Positions 18,950 to 28,048 of a DNA stretch of 42,619 bases are shown piece after piece. The notes beneath the pieces were generated by a model that was not told the DNA's origin, did not search any database, and saw nothing but the letters and a program-made list of their open reading frames with translations. This DNA is from an uncultured Limibaculum sp. (lineage in GTDB: Bacteria > Pseudomonadota > Alphaproteobacteria > Rhodobacterales > Rhodobacteraceae), in contig CAZWDE010000002.1 in assembly GCA_964632555.1 (NCBI GenBank), forward strand, positions 1 through 42,619, given 5' to 3'. Within the stretch, counting starts at the first letter, position 1; every line of letters begins with the position of its first letter. Made by a program: the position numbers and the translations under genes.

Positions 18950-19095
18950 CTTCAGCACCAGCGCGAGTTTTCCGAAAGGTTGCGGGCGATCTGGCGTCCG
19001 GCCGATCGCGCGGAGGACCCACTGCCGACCCTCTCTCGAGCCCATGGCCGAGCGCGGAGAGGCGGCGCCTCCGTCCGAGACGGCAAAGCGTTGAC

Positions 19096-19121
19096 GGAAC
19101 GTGGGCGCGCCGGGCTTCGTT
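19096..19121 (+). promoter_or_regulatory. sigma-EcfG (general stress) promoter motif
   Basis: GGAAC-N17-CGTT, an exact match to the alphaproteobacterial EcfG/SigT/RpoE2 consensus, in an intergenic region. Confidence 0.45.
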
Positions 19122-19336
19122 TCGGCTGGAGTTCGAGGGCGGCCTCGCGACCCCAGCGCGCGTCCACGGGTTCGACCGTCGGCCGCGAGGAGCGCCGCCA
19201 CGGGGTCGATGGGCATCGCGGAAAATGCCCCGGCGAGGGCCATCGGGTGTCCCCGGATGACCCGCCCCGCACGGGAACCGTCGCGGCTCGCCCCGCGCGG
19301 CGTTGCTGGACCGTCATCGGATGGCGTTCGAGAGCC

Positions 19337-21352
19337 CTAGAGGTGGTCGCGGGGGATGCTCTCGTCCCAGGTCCCCTCGTGGACCAGCGTCTCTCCCTCC
19401 CAGGCGCGAAGCCGCGCGACGATGCGGAAGGCCGCGGGCGTCGCGGTCAGCGTCGTTTCGGTCAGGGTGCGGATCTCCCAGTCGCCGCGCGCCAGCCCCA
19501 TCTGCCAGCGGGTCTCGCCAGTGACGGTGGCGAGGTCGTCGCCCACCGAGGAATAGCGCTCCTCGGCGATCTTGGTGACCGTGATGTCGGGGCCGACGAG
19601 GCGGTAGCGCCCCGAGCCGTCGCGCACCTCGAGCGCGGTCTCGGCCGACCCGAGGTCTCGGGTGATCCGCCAGCCGGCGCCCGCGGGCTCGAGCCGCTCG
19701 ATCTCGGCGCCCTCCCCCCACTCGGGCCGGGCGAACGGGCGGAGCGCGGCGTCCGCGGGCGAGGGCGTCCGCACCGGCAGGTCGAGCGCGCTCGTCCCGG
19801 TGCGGAGGGTGAGCGTGACGGGCTCCGGCGCGGGCCAGATCAGCGGGAAATATTCGCTCGACACCGAAAGGCGGATGCGATGCCCGGCGCGGAACCGCTG
19901 GGCGACCACCTTCATCGGCACGGCGATCGCGGAAGGCCGCCCCGGTTCGAGCGGCGCCGGGCTCGCGTGGCTCTCCCGATGGGCGAGGTTCAGCACGCCG
20001 TAGGAGACGCGCGTCGCCGCGCCGTCGGGCGCGACATCCGAGAGCCGCACGGCGATGTTGGCGAGCGGCCGGTCCGACGCGATCACGAGGCGCGCCACGG
20101 GGTCGCCCGCGATCTCGAGCGGCCCGGCGAGCGGCGCGGTCTCGAAGACGAGCGCGCCGCCGTCGTCGATCCGCTGGTCGACCGGCTGGTCCCCGGGCAC
20201 GGCGTAGGAGCACCACTTCCCCGCCGCCTCGCCCGAGAAGACCGGCGAGCGGATCGCGAGCGCCGCCTCGGCGGGCGCGTCCCCGCCGAGGCGCCCGTCC
20301 GGGTGGAGCGCGAGGGGCGTCCGCGCGACGTTGGGCGAGGGCCAGGCGGGCTCGCCCACCCAGCGCCCCGCGCGCTCGGCGTGGTGGCCCGCGGGCGGCG
20401 CATGGTCCTGCAGGAAGAGGCGAAGCCGCGGCTCCTCCATGATCCCCGTGTCGCGACCCGTCAGCCAGTGGTCCCACCAGCGGAGCGTCTCCTGCATCCA
20501 GCCGATCGCGGGGCCGGGCACGCCGAGATGGGGATATTTGTGCGCCCAGGGGCCCACGAGGCCGAGCCGCGGGCCGGGGAGGTTCTCGACGAGCCGGAAG
20601 ACCGCGCGGCAATAGCCGTCGGCCCAGCCGCTGACCGCGAAGACCGGCACCTCGATCGCCGCGTAGTCCTCGCAGACCGAGCCGTGCCGCCAGAACGCGT
20701 CGCGCCGCTGGTGCTCCAGCCAGTTCCCGAGCCAGAGACCGCTCCCGGTCAGCCGCTCGAGCCACAGCTCGCGCCAGTTCTCGCGGTGCCTCGGATCGGG
20801 CGGCAGCGTGTTGCGCGCGAACATCTGGGAGGCCCAGGAGAGCTGGTCGAGCAGCAGGCACCCGCCCATGTAATGGATGTCGTCGGCATAGCGGTCGTCG
20901 GTCGAGCAGACGGTGACGACCGCCTTGAGCGCCGGCGGGCGCAGCGCCGCGATCTGGAGCCCGTTGAACCCGCCCCACGAGATGCCGATCATGCCCACCC
21001 CGCCGTCGCACCAGGGCTGGGCGGCGATCCAGGCGATGGCGTGGCAGCCGTCGTCGAGCTCCTGCGCGAGATACTCGTCGCGCATCAGCCCCTCGCTGTC
21101 GCCCGCGCCGCGCAGGTCGAGCCGCACATAGGCGTAGCCATGGCCGGCGAGATAGCGCCCGGTCGCGGTGTCCTCGGGCCGGCAGAGGTCGTTCTTGCGA
21201 TAGGGGATGTATTCGAGGATCGCCGGCACCGGGGCGGCCTCGGCCCCCTCGGGCAGCCAGACGCGCGCGCCGAGGCGGCAGCCGTCCGGCATCGGCACGT
21301 CGAGATGCTCGATCTCGCGCACCCGGTGCGGCAGGTCGGTGACGATCCGCAT
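19337..21352 (-). CDS. CocE/NonD family serine hydrolase (peptidase S15 / X-Pro dipeptidyl-peptidase-like)
   Basis: PAILEYIPYRK, DLRGAGDSEG, GISWGG (nucleophile), SGWADGY, GPWAHKYP, plus a PepX_C-like C-terminal domain; no signal peptide. Confidence 0.93.
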   Translation of the reverse strand: MRIVTDLPHRVREIEHLDVPMPDGCRLGARVWLPEGAEAAPVPAILEYIPYRKNDLCRPEDTATGRYLAGHGYAYVRLDLRGAGDSEGLMRDEYLAQELDDGCHAIAWIAAQPWCDGGVGMIGISWGGFNGLQIAALRPPALKAVVTVCSTDDRYADDIHYMGGCLLLDQLSWASQMFARNTLPPDPRHRENWRELWLERLTGSGLWLGNWLEHQRRDAFWRHGSVCEDYAAIEVPVFAVSGWADGYCRAVFRLVENLPGPRLGLVGPWAHKYPHLGVPGPAIGWMQETLRWWDHWLTGRDTGIMEEPRLRLFLQDHAPPAGHHAERAGRWVGEPAWPSPNVARTPLALHPDGRLGGDAPAEAALAIRSPVFSGEAAGKWCSYAVPGDQPVDQRIDDGGALVFETAPLAGPLEIAGDPVARLVIASDRPLANIAVRLSDVAPDGAATRVSYGVLNLAHRESHASPAPLEPGRPSAIAVPMKVVAQRFRAGHRIRLSVSSEYFPLIWPAPEPVTLTLRTGTSALDLPVRTPSPADAALRPFARPEWGEGAEIERLEPAGAGWRITRDLGSAETALEVRDGSGRYRLVGPDITVTKIAEERYSSVGDDLATVTGETRWQMGLARGDWEIRTLTETTLTATPAAFRIVARLRAWEGETLVHEGTWDESIPRDHL

Positions 21353-21359
21353 CCGCGCG

Positions 21360-22667
21360 TTATTCCACGATGTCCGCGAATTCGAAATGCAGCGATTTCA
21401 TCACCTGCTCGTAGTTCCAGAGGAGCGAGGACTCGGTCTTCGCCCCCATCCAGACGCAGGCGATGGCATAGCTGTAGGCGTCCTGCTCCGGCATGTCCGA
21501 GAGCCGCTGCCCCTCCTGGACGTTGGGGACGATCGTGGTGCCGGGCACGCGCTCGGCCGCGGCGGCGATCTCCTCGGGGCTCGGCACGCGGGCGACCGTC
21601 GCGTCCTTGAAGAACACGCGGTAGAAGAACTCCGCCGCGCAGCCATAGCCGCCTTCGCGCACCGGCATCCGCGGGCGCCGGCCGAGGCCGAGATCGATCG
21701 TGACCTGCTGGTGGCTCGTGCCGTCGACCTTCTCGAAGAGGTCGCAGTGCGACTGCGCGATGCGGGTGTTGATCTCGAGCAGCCAGATCCGGTCCTGCAC
21801 CTCGTCCCAGAAGAACTCGACGTTGAAGCCCGCATTGTCGTAGCCGACATGGGCGATCACGCGCTTCGTGATGTCGGCCATGGTGTCCTGCACGCGCTTC
21901 GGCAGCTTCGAGGGGTAGCGGTAGTAGAAGAAGCTCAGCACCTGCGGGAAGCGGATCGAGTCGACGATGCCGTAGGGCACCACCTCGCCCTCGTGGACAT
22001 AGCCCTCGAGCGTGCATTGCCGGCCGCCGATCACCTGCTCGGCCATGCAGTAGCGCCCCGACACGCGGCGAATGTCGGGCGGCAGGTCGGCCTTCGAGAG
22101 CACGAAGTCGAACGGCTCGGAGATCGAGCCGATCTCCTCGCGGAACCGCTCGACCGCGTAGTCGAAGTCCTCCGGGTTGTCGATGCGGAAGCCGAGCCGC
22201 GAGCCCGAGGACTTGATCGGCTTGACGAAGAAGGGGAAGGCGAGGCCGGCCTCGCCGATCCGGCGCAGGGTGCCGTCCTCGAAGGGGTCGAAGGCGGTGA
22301 AGGCGGGCACGTGGTCGGGGATCGCCTCGCGCTGAACGACGCGGCTCCAGTACTTGTGCTCGCATTTCAGGAGGCTCTCGAGCGAGGCGTTGCGCGTGCC
22401 GTATCTCGCGCAGAGGAGCGGCAGCATGGTCGAGACCGGGAAATCGGCGTAGCCGACGATGGCATCGACCGTGCCGCCGCCCTCGCGGTGCTCCTCGAGC
22501 TGGCGCTCGGCGATCTCGAGCATCGCGGGGATGTTGAAGTCCTCGGTCTCGAACACCATCGCGGGGTCGAGCAGGCCGTGGAACTCGATCTCCTCGGCGC
22601 CGCGGAGCCGCGCCAGGCGGTCCCGGTTGAGCTCGGTGAGCCCGACGACGAACACGTTCTTTTTCAT
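21360..22667 (-). CDS. ATP-grasp domain protein (carboxylate-amine ligase)
   Basis: KCEHKYWSR, FFVKPIKSSGSRLG, AEQVIGGRQCTLEG, FNVEFFWD, LLEINTRIAQSH (ExNxR). GGAGG RBS. Confidence 0.9.
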   Translation of the reverse strand: MKKNVFVVGLTELNRDRLARLRGAEEIEFHGLLDPAMVFETEDFNIPAMLEIAERQLEEHREGGGTVDAIVGYADFPVSTMLPLLCARYGTRNASLESLLKCEHKYWSRVVQREAIPDHVPAFTAFDPFEDGTLRRIGEAGLAFPFFVKPIKSSGSRLGFRIDNPEDFDYAVERFREEIGSISEPFDFVLSKADLPPDIRRVSGRYCMAEQVIGGRQCTLEGYVHEGEVVPYGIVDSIRFPQVLSFFYYRYPSKLPKRVQDTMADITKRVIAHVGYDNAGFNVEFFWDEVQDRIWLLEINTRIAQSHCDLFEKVDGTSHQQVTIDLGLGRRPRMPVREGGYGCAAEFFYRVFFKDATVARVPSPEEIAAAAERVPGTTIVPNVQEGQRLSDMPEQDAYSYAIACVWMGAKTESSLLWNYEQVMKSLHFEFADIVE

Positions 22668-22698
22668 TCTTTGGTCCTCCGGCGGGCGGAGGGCGGTG

Positions 22699-25320
22699 TC
22701 ATCCCGCCATGGGCGAGGGCGTGCGGAAGCTCCGCCCCTTCAGCCTCTGGATGGTGCCCTCGATATCGTCCACGAGCAGGACGAGGAGGTCGCCCTCCGA
22801 CGCCTCGTCCATCGCACGGCCGATGGCGTCGTACTCCTTCATCACGATCTCGGAGCGGCAGTTGGCGCCGGCCTCGCGCGCGCCCCGCGCCATCAGCCCC
22901 GCCGCCTCGCCGGTCGGACGCCCGCGCGCGTCCGTCTCGCAGACGAAGAGCGCGTCGGTCATCCGGGCGAGCTGCCCGCCGAGGCCGACGAGGTCCTCGT
23001 CGCGCCGGTTGCCGGGCGCCGAGGCGACCGCGATCCGCCGCTTGCCGCGGAGCCCGCGCACCAGCGGCGCCAGCGCCTCGAGCGCGGGCACGTTGTGGCC
23101 GTAGTCGATCAGGCAGCGCACCCCGTCGGCCTCGATGAGGTTGGTGCGCCCGGGCAGCTGGCCGGGCGTGGGGTGGAAGGTGCGGAGGCCCATCGCGATG
23201 TCGCCGAGCGTGAGCCCGAGCGCGAAGGCCGCGCCCGCCGCCGCCATGGCGTTCTGAACGTTGAAGGGCGCGTGCCCCTCGAAGGCGATCGGAACGTCGT
23301 TGATCTCGACGACCTCGGCCTCGACCGCGCCCTGCTTCATCACGATGCGACCGTTGCGCACCGTGAAGAGGACGCCGTGCTTCGCCACGTGCTCCGCGAG
23401 CGCCGGCGTGTCGCCGGTCATGCTGAAATAGATGATCTCGCCGCGCGCCCAGTAGGTGCCCTGGTCCATCACGCGGGGGTCGTCGGCGTTGAGCACGCAG
23501 TGCCCGTCGGGCTTCACCGCGTCGACCACCACCGTCTTGCAGCGGGCGAGCTCGTCGAGCGTGTGGATGTCGCGCTCGCCCAGATGGTCGCTCGCGATGT
23601 TGAGCAGCACGCCGACCGCGCATTCGTCGAAGCCGAGCCCGCGGCGCATGATGCCGCCGCGCGCGACCTCGAGCACCGCGTGGTCGACCGTCGGCTCCTT
23701 CAGCACCGCCTCCGCGGCGAAGGGGCCGGAATAGTCGCCCCGCATGATCACGTGGTTGTCGATCTCGATGGTGCCGGTGCAGCCCATCCCGACCTGCCGG
23801 CCGGCATGGCGCAGCAGATGCGAGACCAGCCGCGTCGTCGTCGTCTTGCCGTTGGTGCCGGTGATCGCGGTGATCGGGATGCGCCCGTCGTCGCCGTCCG
23901 GGAACAGCATGTCGACCACCGCCTCGCCGACGTCGCGGCCCTTGCCGTGCGTGGGCGAGATGTGCATCCGGAAGCCGGGCCCCGCGTTCACCTCGACGAC
24001 GCCCGCCGACTGCTGGTCGAGCGGCTTCGTCAGCGTCTCCGCGAGGAGGTCGATCCCGATGATGTCGAGCCCCATCAGCCGGCCGATGCGTTCGGCGGCG
24101 TATTTGACCTCCGGGTGCACGTCGTCGGTCAGGTCCGTGGCGGTCCCGCCCGTGGAGATGTTGGCCGTCGATTTCAGCCAGACGATCTGGCCCTCCGGGA
24201 TCACGCTCTCGAAGGTGAGGCCGGCCTGCTCGACGAGGCGCTCGGTCTGCTCGTCGATGTGGATCTGGGTCAGCAGGTTCTCGTGGCCGACGCCGCGGCG
24301 CGGGTCCGCGTTCTCCCGGTCGATCAGCTGGCGGAGCGTCGAGCGGCCGTCGCCGGTCACGTGCGCCGGGCGTCGCCGGGCGGCGGCCACCAGCTTGCCG
24401 TCGATCACGAGGAGGCGGTGGTCCTCGCCGCGGATGTAGCTCTCGACGATCACCTGGTCGTGGCGCTGCTGCGCCGCCGCGAAGCCGTCGCGGAGCTCCG
24501 CCTCGTCGCGCAGGTTGGTCGTGATCCCGCGCCCGTGATTGCCGCTGAGCGGTTTGGTGACCACCGGATAGCCGATCTCCGCGGCCGCCGCGATCGCCTC
24601 CTCGAGGTCGTTGCAGATCCGGCCCCGCGGCACCGGGATGCCCGCCTCGCCGAGGATCTGCTTGGTCCAGTCCTTGTCGTCGGCGATCGTGTGGCCGATG
24701 ATGCCGGTCTTCGCCGTCACGGTCGCCTGGAACCGCTGCTGCTTGCAGCCATGCCCGAGCTGGATGTAGCTCGTGCCCTCGGTCAGCCGGTAATGCGGGA
24801 TGCCGCGCCGCTTGGCGGCGTCGACGATCGAGGCGGTCGAGGGGCCGAGCATGTTGGCGTCGCGCACCGCCTTCAGCCGGTCGATCACCGGGGCGAGGTC
24901 GACCGGCTCGCCGGCGTAGAGCTTCTCGACGATGCCGACCGCCTCCTGCCCCGCGGCGAGACCGCAGGCCTCGTCGCGGTAGCGGTAGACCACGTTGTAG
25001 ACGCCCGGTTCGTAGGTATCGACGGTCTTGCCGTAGCCCACCGAGAAGCCGATCATGTTCTGCAGCTCGATCGCCACGTGCTCGACCATGTGCCCGGCAT
25101 AGGTGCCGGCCGCGACCCGTTCGAGAAATCCGCCCGGCGTGCCGACCGAGCAGCGATGCTCGTAGATCCCGGGCAGCAGCGCCTGCAGGCTCCCCACGAT
25201 GTTCGGCACCTGGTCGCTCGGCTTGTGATCGAGCTCGCCGATGTCGAGCCGCAGGTAGATCGTCAGGTAGCGGCTAAAGTAGTTCGGCCCCCGCAGCGCC
25301 CGCTGCTCCAGAATCCGCAA
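22699..25320 (-). CDS. cphA: cyanophycin synthetase (CphA1)
   Basis: LRGPNYFS, N-domain Cx19HxxEH, LGPSTASIV, QLGHG, ATP-grasp KPLSGNHGRG and EVNAGPGFRMH, Mur-ligase GTNGKTTT, EVARGG, DYGHN. 873 aa with TTG start. Confidence 0.97.
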   Translation of the reverse strand: MRILEQRALRGPNYFSRYLTIYLRLDIGELDHKPSDQVPNIVGSLQALLPGIYEHRCSVGTPGGFLERVAAGTYAGHMVEHVAIELQNMIGFSVGYGKTVDTYEPGVYNVVYRYRDEACGLAAGQEAVGIVEKLYAGEPVDLAPVIDRLKAVRDANMLGPSTASIVDAAKRRGIPHYRLTEGTSYIQLGHGCKQQRFQATVTAKTGIIGHTIADDKDWTKQILGEAGIPVPRGRICNDLEEAIAAAAEIGYPVVTKPLSGNHGRGITTNLRDEAELRDGFAAAQQRHDQVIVESYIRGEDHRLLVIDGKLVAAARRRPAHVTGDGRSTLRQLIDRENADPRRGVGHENLLTQIHIDEQTERLVEQAGLTFESVIPEGQIVWLKSTANISTGGTATDLTDDVHPEVKYAAERIGRLMGLDIIGIDLLAETLTKPLDQQSAGVVEVNAGPGFRMHISPTHGKGRDVGEAVVDMLFPDGDDGRIPITAITGTNGKTTTTRLVSHLLRHAGRQVGMGCTGTIEIDNHVIMRGDYSGPFAAEAVLKEPTVDHAVLEVARGGIMRRGLGFDECAVGVLLNIASDHLGERDIHTLDELARCKTVVVDAVKPDGHCVLNADDPRVMDQGTYWARGEIIYFSMTGDTPALAEHVAKHGVLFTVRNGRIVMKQGAVEAEVVEINDVPIAFEGHAPFNVQNAMAAAGAAFALGLTLGDIAMGLRTFHPTPGQLPGRTNLIEADGVRCLIDYGHNVPALEALAPLVRGLRGKRRIAVASAPGNRRDEDLVGLGGQLARMTDALFVCETDARGRPTGEAAGLMARGAREAGANCRSEIVMKEYDAIGRAMDEASEGDLLVLLVDDIEGTIQRLKGRSFRTPSPMAG

Positions 25321-26167
25321 GGCTGACCCCTTCCAGGAACGTATTGACGTCGGCGTCCGTCAGGAACTTCCGACTCTCCACGTCGTAGCCATAGCCGCTG
25401 GTCAGGGCATGCATCACGACGTGACCGACAGCGACAGGCTCCCCGTCGCTCAGATCGGCCACATTAGAGAATTTTAGATCGGTGCAGTCAACCACGATCA
25501 CGTGCCCCTTGCCCACCGCCTCGAGGACATGGCCGTCATGCACGATCACCCCGGCGTCTTCGCCGAGCCCGAGGCCGATATACTCGGGGTTGGTCGAGCC
25601 CACTTCCATCAGGCGGGTGAACCGCCCGCGCTCGAGGAAGTGGCTGTCGATCACCACGCCGTGGATGAAGGCGAGCCCCGCGCTCATCTTCACCGCGCCC
25701 TTGCGCAGCGCGTCGGCGGCGTAGCCGTTGTAGATCATGGTGGCCGACATCGCGGCCGCGCCCGCGCTCGTGCCCGCGATCACGGTGCCGCGCGCGCGCG
25801 CCTCGCGCATCGCGGCGAGGAGCGGCGAGGCGCCGAGCACGTTGGTCAGCCGCAGCTGGTCGCCGCCCGACATGAAGACCGCGCCGGCGCGGCGCGCGCG
25901 GTCGACGGTCGCCTCGGCCCGCGCGTCCTCGCGCGTGCGCACGTTCAGATGGTGGACGGCGGTCGCGCCCAGCTCGCCGAACACCGTCTCGTATTCCGGG
26001 AAGACCTGGTCCGGGATCTGGCTCGCGGTCGTGATGACCGCAACGTCGCGATTCTCCGCCGGGGCCAGGTCCAGCACCCGCTTCAGGATCTCGGACCGCG
26101 AGGTCCGGTCCTCGGCGCCGCCGATCGCGACGATTTTTCCCGCGCCGGGGCCCTTCGGTGCGTCCAT
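25274..26167 (-). CDS. cphB: cyanophycinase (peptidase S51)
   Basis: IGGAED, FMSGGDQLRL, GTSAGAA (catalytic Ser), DSHFLERGRF, GLGED. Overlaps the cphA start by 47 nt; alternative start at 26212. Confidence 0.95.
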   Translation of the reverse strand: MDAPKGPGAGKIVAIGGAEDRTSRSEILKRVLDLAPAENRDVAVITTASQIPDQVFPEYETVFGELGATAVHHLNVRTREDARAEATVDRARRAGAVFMSGGDQLRLTNVLGASPLLAAMREARARGTVIAGTSAGAAAMSATMIYNGYAADALRKGAVKMSAGLAFIHGVVIDSHFLERGRFTRLMEVGSTNPEYIGLGLGEDAGVIVHDGHVLEAVGKGHVIVVDCTDLKFSNVADLSDGEPVAVGHVVMHALTSGYGYDVESRKFLTDADVNTFLEGVSLADSGAAGAAGAELL

Positions 26168-26417
26168 CGATACCTGCCGCTCACGCGGCCCTCCAAAAGT
26201 TCCGGCCGACACGACGCCGGACGGTCGCGGGTTAGATCACCCGAACCCGCCGGAAACAAGGCGTTCGCTCGACCCGGCCGGCGCGCGCCGCGAACCGTGC
26301 TCCCGCGCAACGGCTCGCGTCCCAGAAACTGGGAGGGCCCCTGTCGTTGATCGCACCGGCGCCGCCGACCACCTGCCCGGCGTGGCCGGCGAGCCGCACG
26401 GACAGAGGGGACCGACA

Positions 26418-26633
26418 ATGGCGACCAAGCTCAAGACCACGACGAAGCCGACGATGATGCGCAAACGCGCCAGCCGGCACGACGGGCTCGATTTCGCGGC
26501 GATCGCGGGCGACATGGCCCGCGGACGGGCGCGCGGGGCGGGCCGCGGCGGCGCCGAGGCGGAGATGCCGGCGCCCGGCCTCAGCCGGCGGGCCGCCGAC
26601 CTGACCGACATTCTCAACGCCGACTGGGCCTGA
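26418..26633 (+). CDS. small hypothetical protein (71 aa)
   Basis: ATG with GAGGGG RBS and genome-typical codon usage; basic N-terminus, ends LTDILNADWA. Confidence 0.55.
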   Translation: MATKLKTTTKPTMMRKRASRHDGLDFAAIAGDMARGRARGAGRGGAEAEMPAPGLSRRAADLTDILNADWA

Positions 26634-26729
26634 CGCGCACCGCCCGGCCCGGGGGGCGCCACAACCCGGACCGGGCGACCACGAAACCGCCCGCAGGCCG
26701 TCGCAATCCCGGCGCGGAATCGCCACGGG

Positions 26730-26748
26730 GGTTGAGCATCTGTCAACC
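26730..26748. promoter_or_regulatory. CtrA-like palindromic site upstream of the Tad minor pilin genes
   Basis: GGTTGA-N7-TCAACC perfect inverted repeat with the spacing of TTAA-N7-TTAA, 85 nt before the first TadE ATG. Confidence 0.45.
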
Positions 26749-26833
26749 GTGCGGTGACGGGGAGCGGACCGTGTCGGTTCGCTGCCGCCGCCCCCGCCGT
26801 TGCGTTGGGTCGAGGTGGTCCGGGAGTTGTGGC

Positions 26834-27400
26834 ATGGCGAGTTGGTCTCTGTCTTCGTTTCTGGCGTGCGAGCGGGGCACGGCGGCTCTCGAGTTCGTGG
26901 TGGCGTTGCCCCTCTCGATCGGGCTCGCGGTGATGGCCGCGGAATACGGCAACGGGCTGATGACGCGGGAGGCGCTCGACAGCGCCCTCGGCGACGCGAC
27001 GCGCGTGCTGTCGCGGGCCCCGCTCGACGCGGTCGGCGATCCCGAGACCGGGGCCCCGACCCCCAAGATCTACACCGCCTTCCTGACCGAGGCGCGCGGG
27101 CTCATCGCGAGCCGCACGGGCGTGCCGGTCGAGGCGGTGGGCTTCACGGCCGAGGCGGTCGTGGTGCCGGGCACCGAGAGCTTCCGCACGCCGATCATCA
27201 TGATCGAGACGCGGGCGAGCGTCGGCGTCGATCTGCGGCTCCTCTCCTTCATCGACAACTGGCTCGACGGCGGCGAGGTGGCGAAGGCGCTGACCATGCG
27301 CGCGATCGACCGGGCGCGTTACGTGGGCGAGCTCGCGCCCGGGCAGCGGGCCTGTCCCGCCTCCGAGCGCGACGCCGGTCGCTGCGGGGGGGCGGCGTGA
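26834..27400 (+). CDS. tadE: TadE-like minor pilin (pseudopilin)
   Basis: Prepilin motif FLACERG/TAALEF followed by a hydrophobic helix and ALDSALGDATRVL; GGGAG RBS. Confidence 0.85.
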   Translation: MASWSLSSFLACERGTAALEFVVALPLSIGLAVMAAEYGNGLMTREALDSALGDATRVLSRAPLDAVGDPETGAPTPKIYTAFLTEARGLIASRTGVPVEAVGFTAEAVVVPGTESFRTPIIMIETRASVGVDLRLLSFIDNWLDGGEVAKALTMRAIDRARYVGELAPGQRACPASERDAGRCGGAA

Positions 27401-27963
27401 TGCGCGAGTTCCTGAAGGACGAGGGCGGCCACGCCACGACGGATTTCGTCGTGGTGTTCCTGCCGGTGATGCTGTTCGTGCTGACGATCTGCGAACTGGC
27501 CATCGCCTTCCACTTCACCGCCTCGGCGCAGAAGAGCGCGCAGCTCGGCGCCCGGCTGGCGGCGGCGCAGGCGCCGGTGCACCGCGATGTCTGGCCGACC
27601 AACCGGCTCGACCCGGCGAACGGCGCGCCCGGCGACGCCTGCTACCAGCCCACGGGCGACGCCTGCGTCGATCCCGGGGTCTCGTGGGTCTGCGACGGCG
27701 CCGCGCTCGACGCGCGCTGCGACGCGCAGGCCTTCGTCGATCTCGTCTCGGAGGTGCGCCGGCTCTACCCGGCCGTCGTGCCGAGCGATGTGCGGATCTC
27801 CTACGTCTACCGCCGGCTCGGCGTGGCCGGCGGGCCGTTCGTGCCCGAGGTCGCGGTGTCGATCCGCGAGCGGGCCATGCCGGTCGAGTTTCTCAGCCTG
27901 CTCGGTCTCCTGCGCCTGCGCGAGACCACGGCGAGCGTGATCGGCGAGGACATGGCGTCCTGA
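27400..27963 (+). CDS. TadE/TadF-like minor pilin
   Basis: MREFLKDEGG/HATTDF, hydrophobic helix, SAQKSAQLGARLAA, several Cys, GGPFVPEVAV. Translationally coupled (TGATG). Confidence 0.85.
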   Translation: MREFLKDEGGHATTDFVVVFLPVMLFVLTICELAIAFHFTASAQKSAQLGARLAAAQAPVHRDVWPTNRLDPANGAPGDACYQPTGDACVDPGVSWVCDGAALDARCDAQAFVDLVSEVRRLYPAVVPSDVRISYVYRRLGVAGGPFVPEVAVSIRERAMPVEFLSLLGLLRLRETTASVIGEDMAS

Positions 27964-28048
27964 TGCACGGGCCGGCGGTGGGGGCCGGCCCGGAAGAGTG
28001 GCGGCGCTTGGCCGCCGGGTGTTCCCAGAGTGAGGTGAGGGTGTGTCG

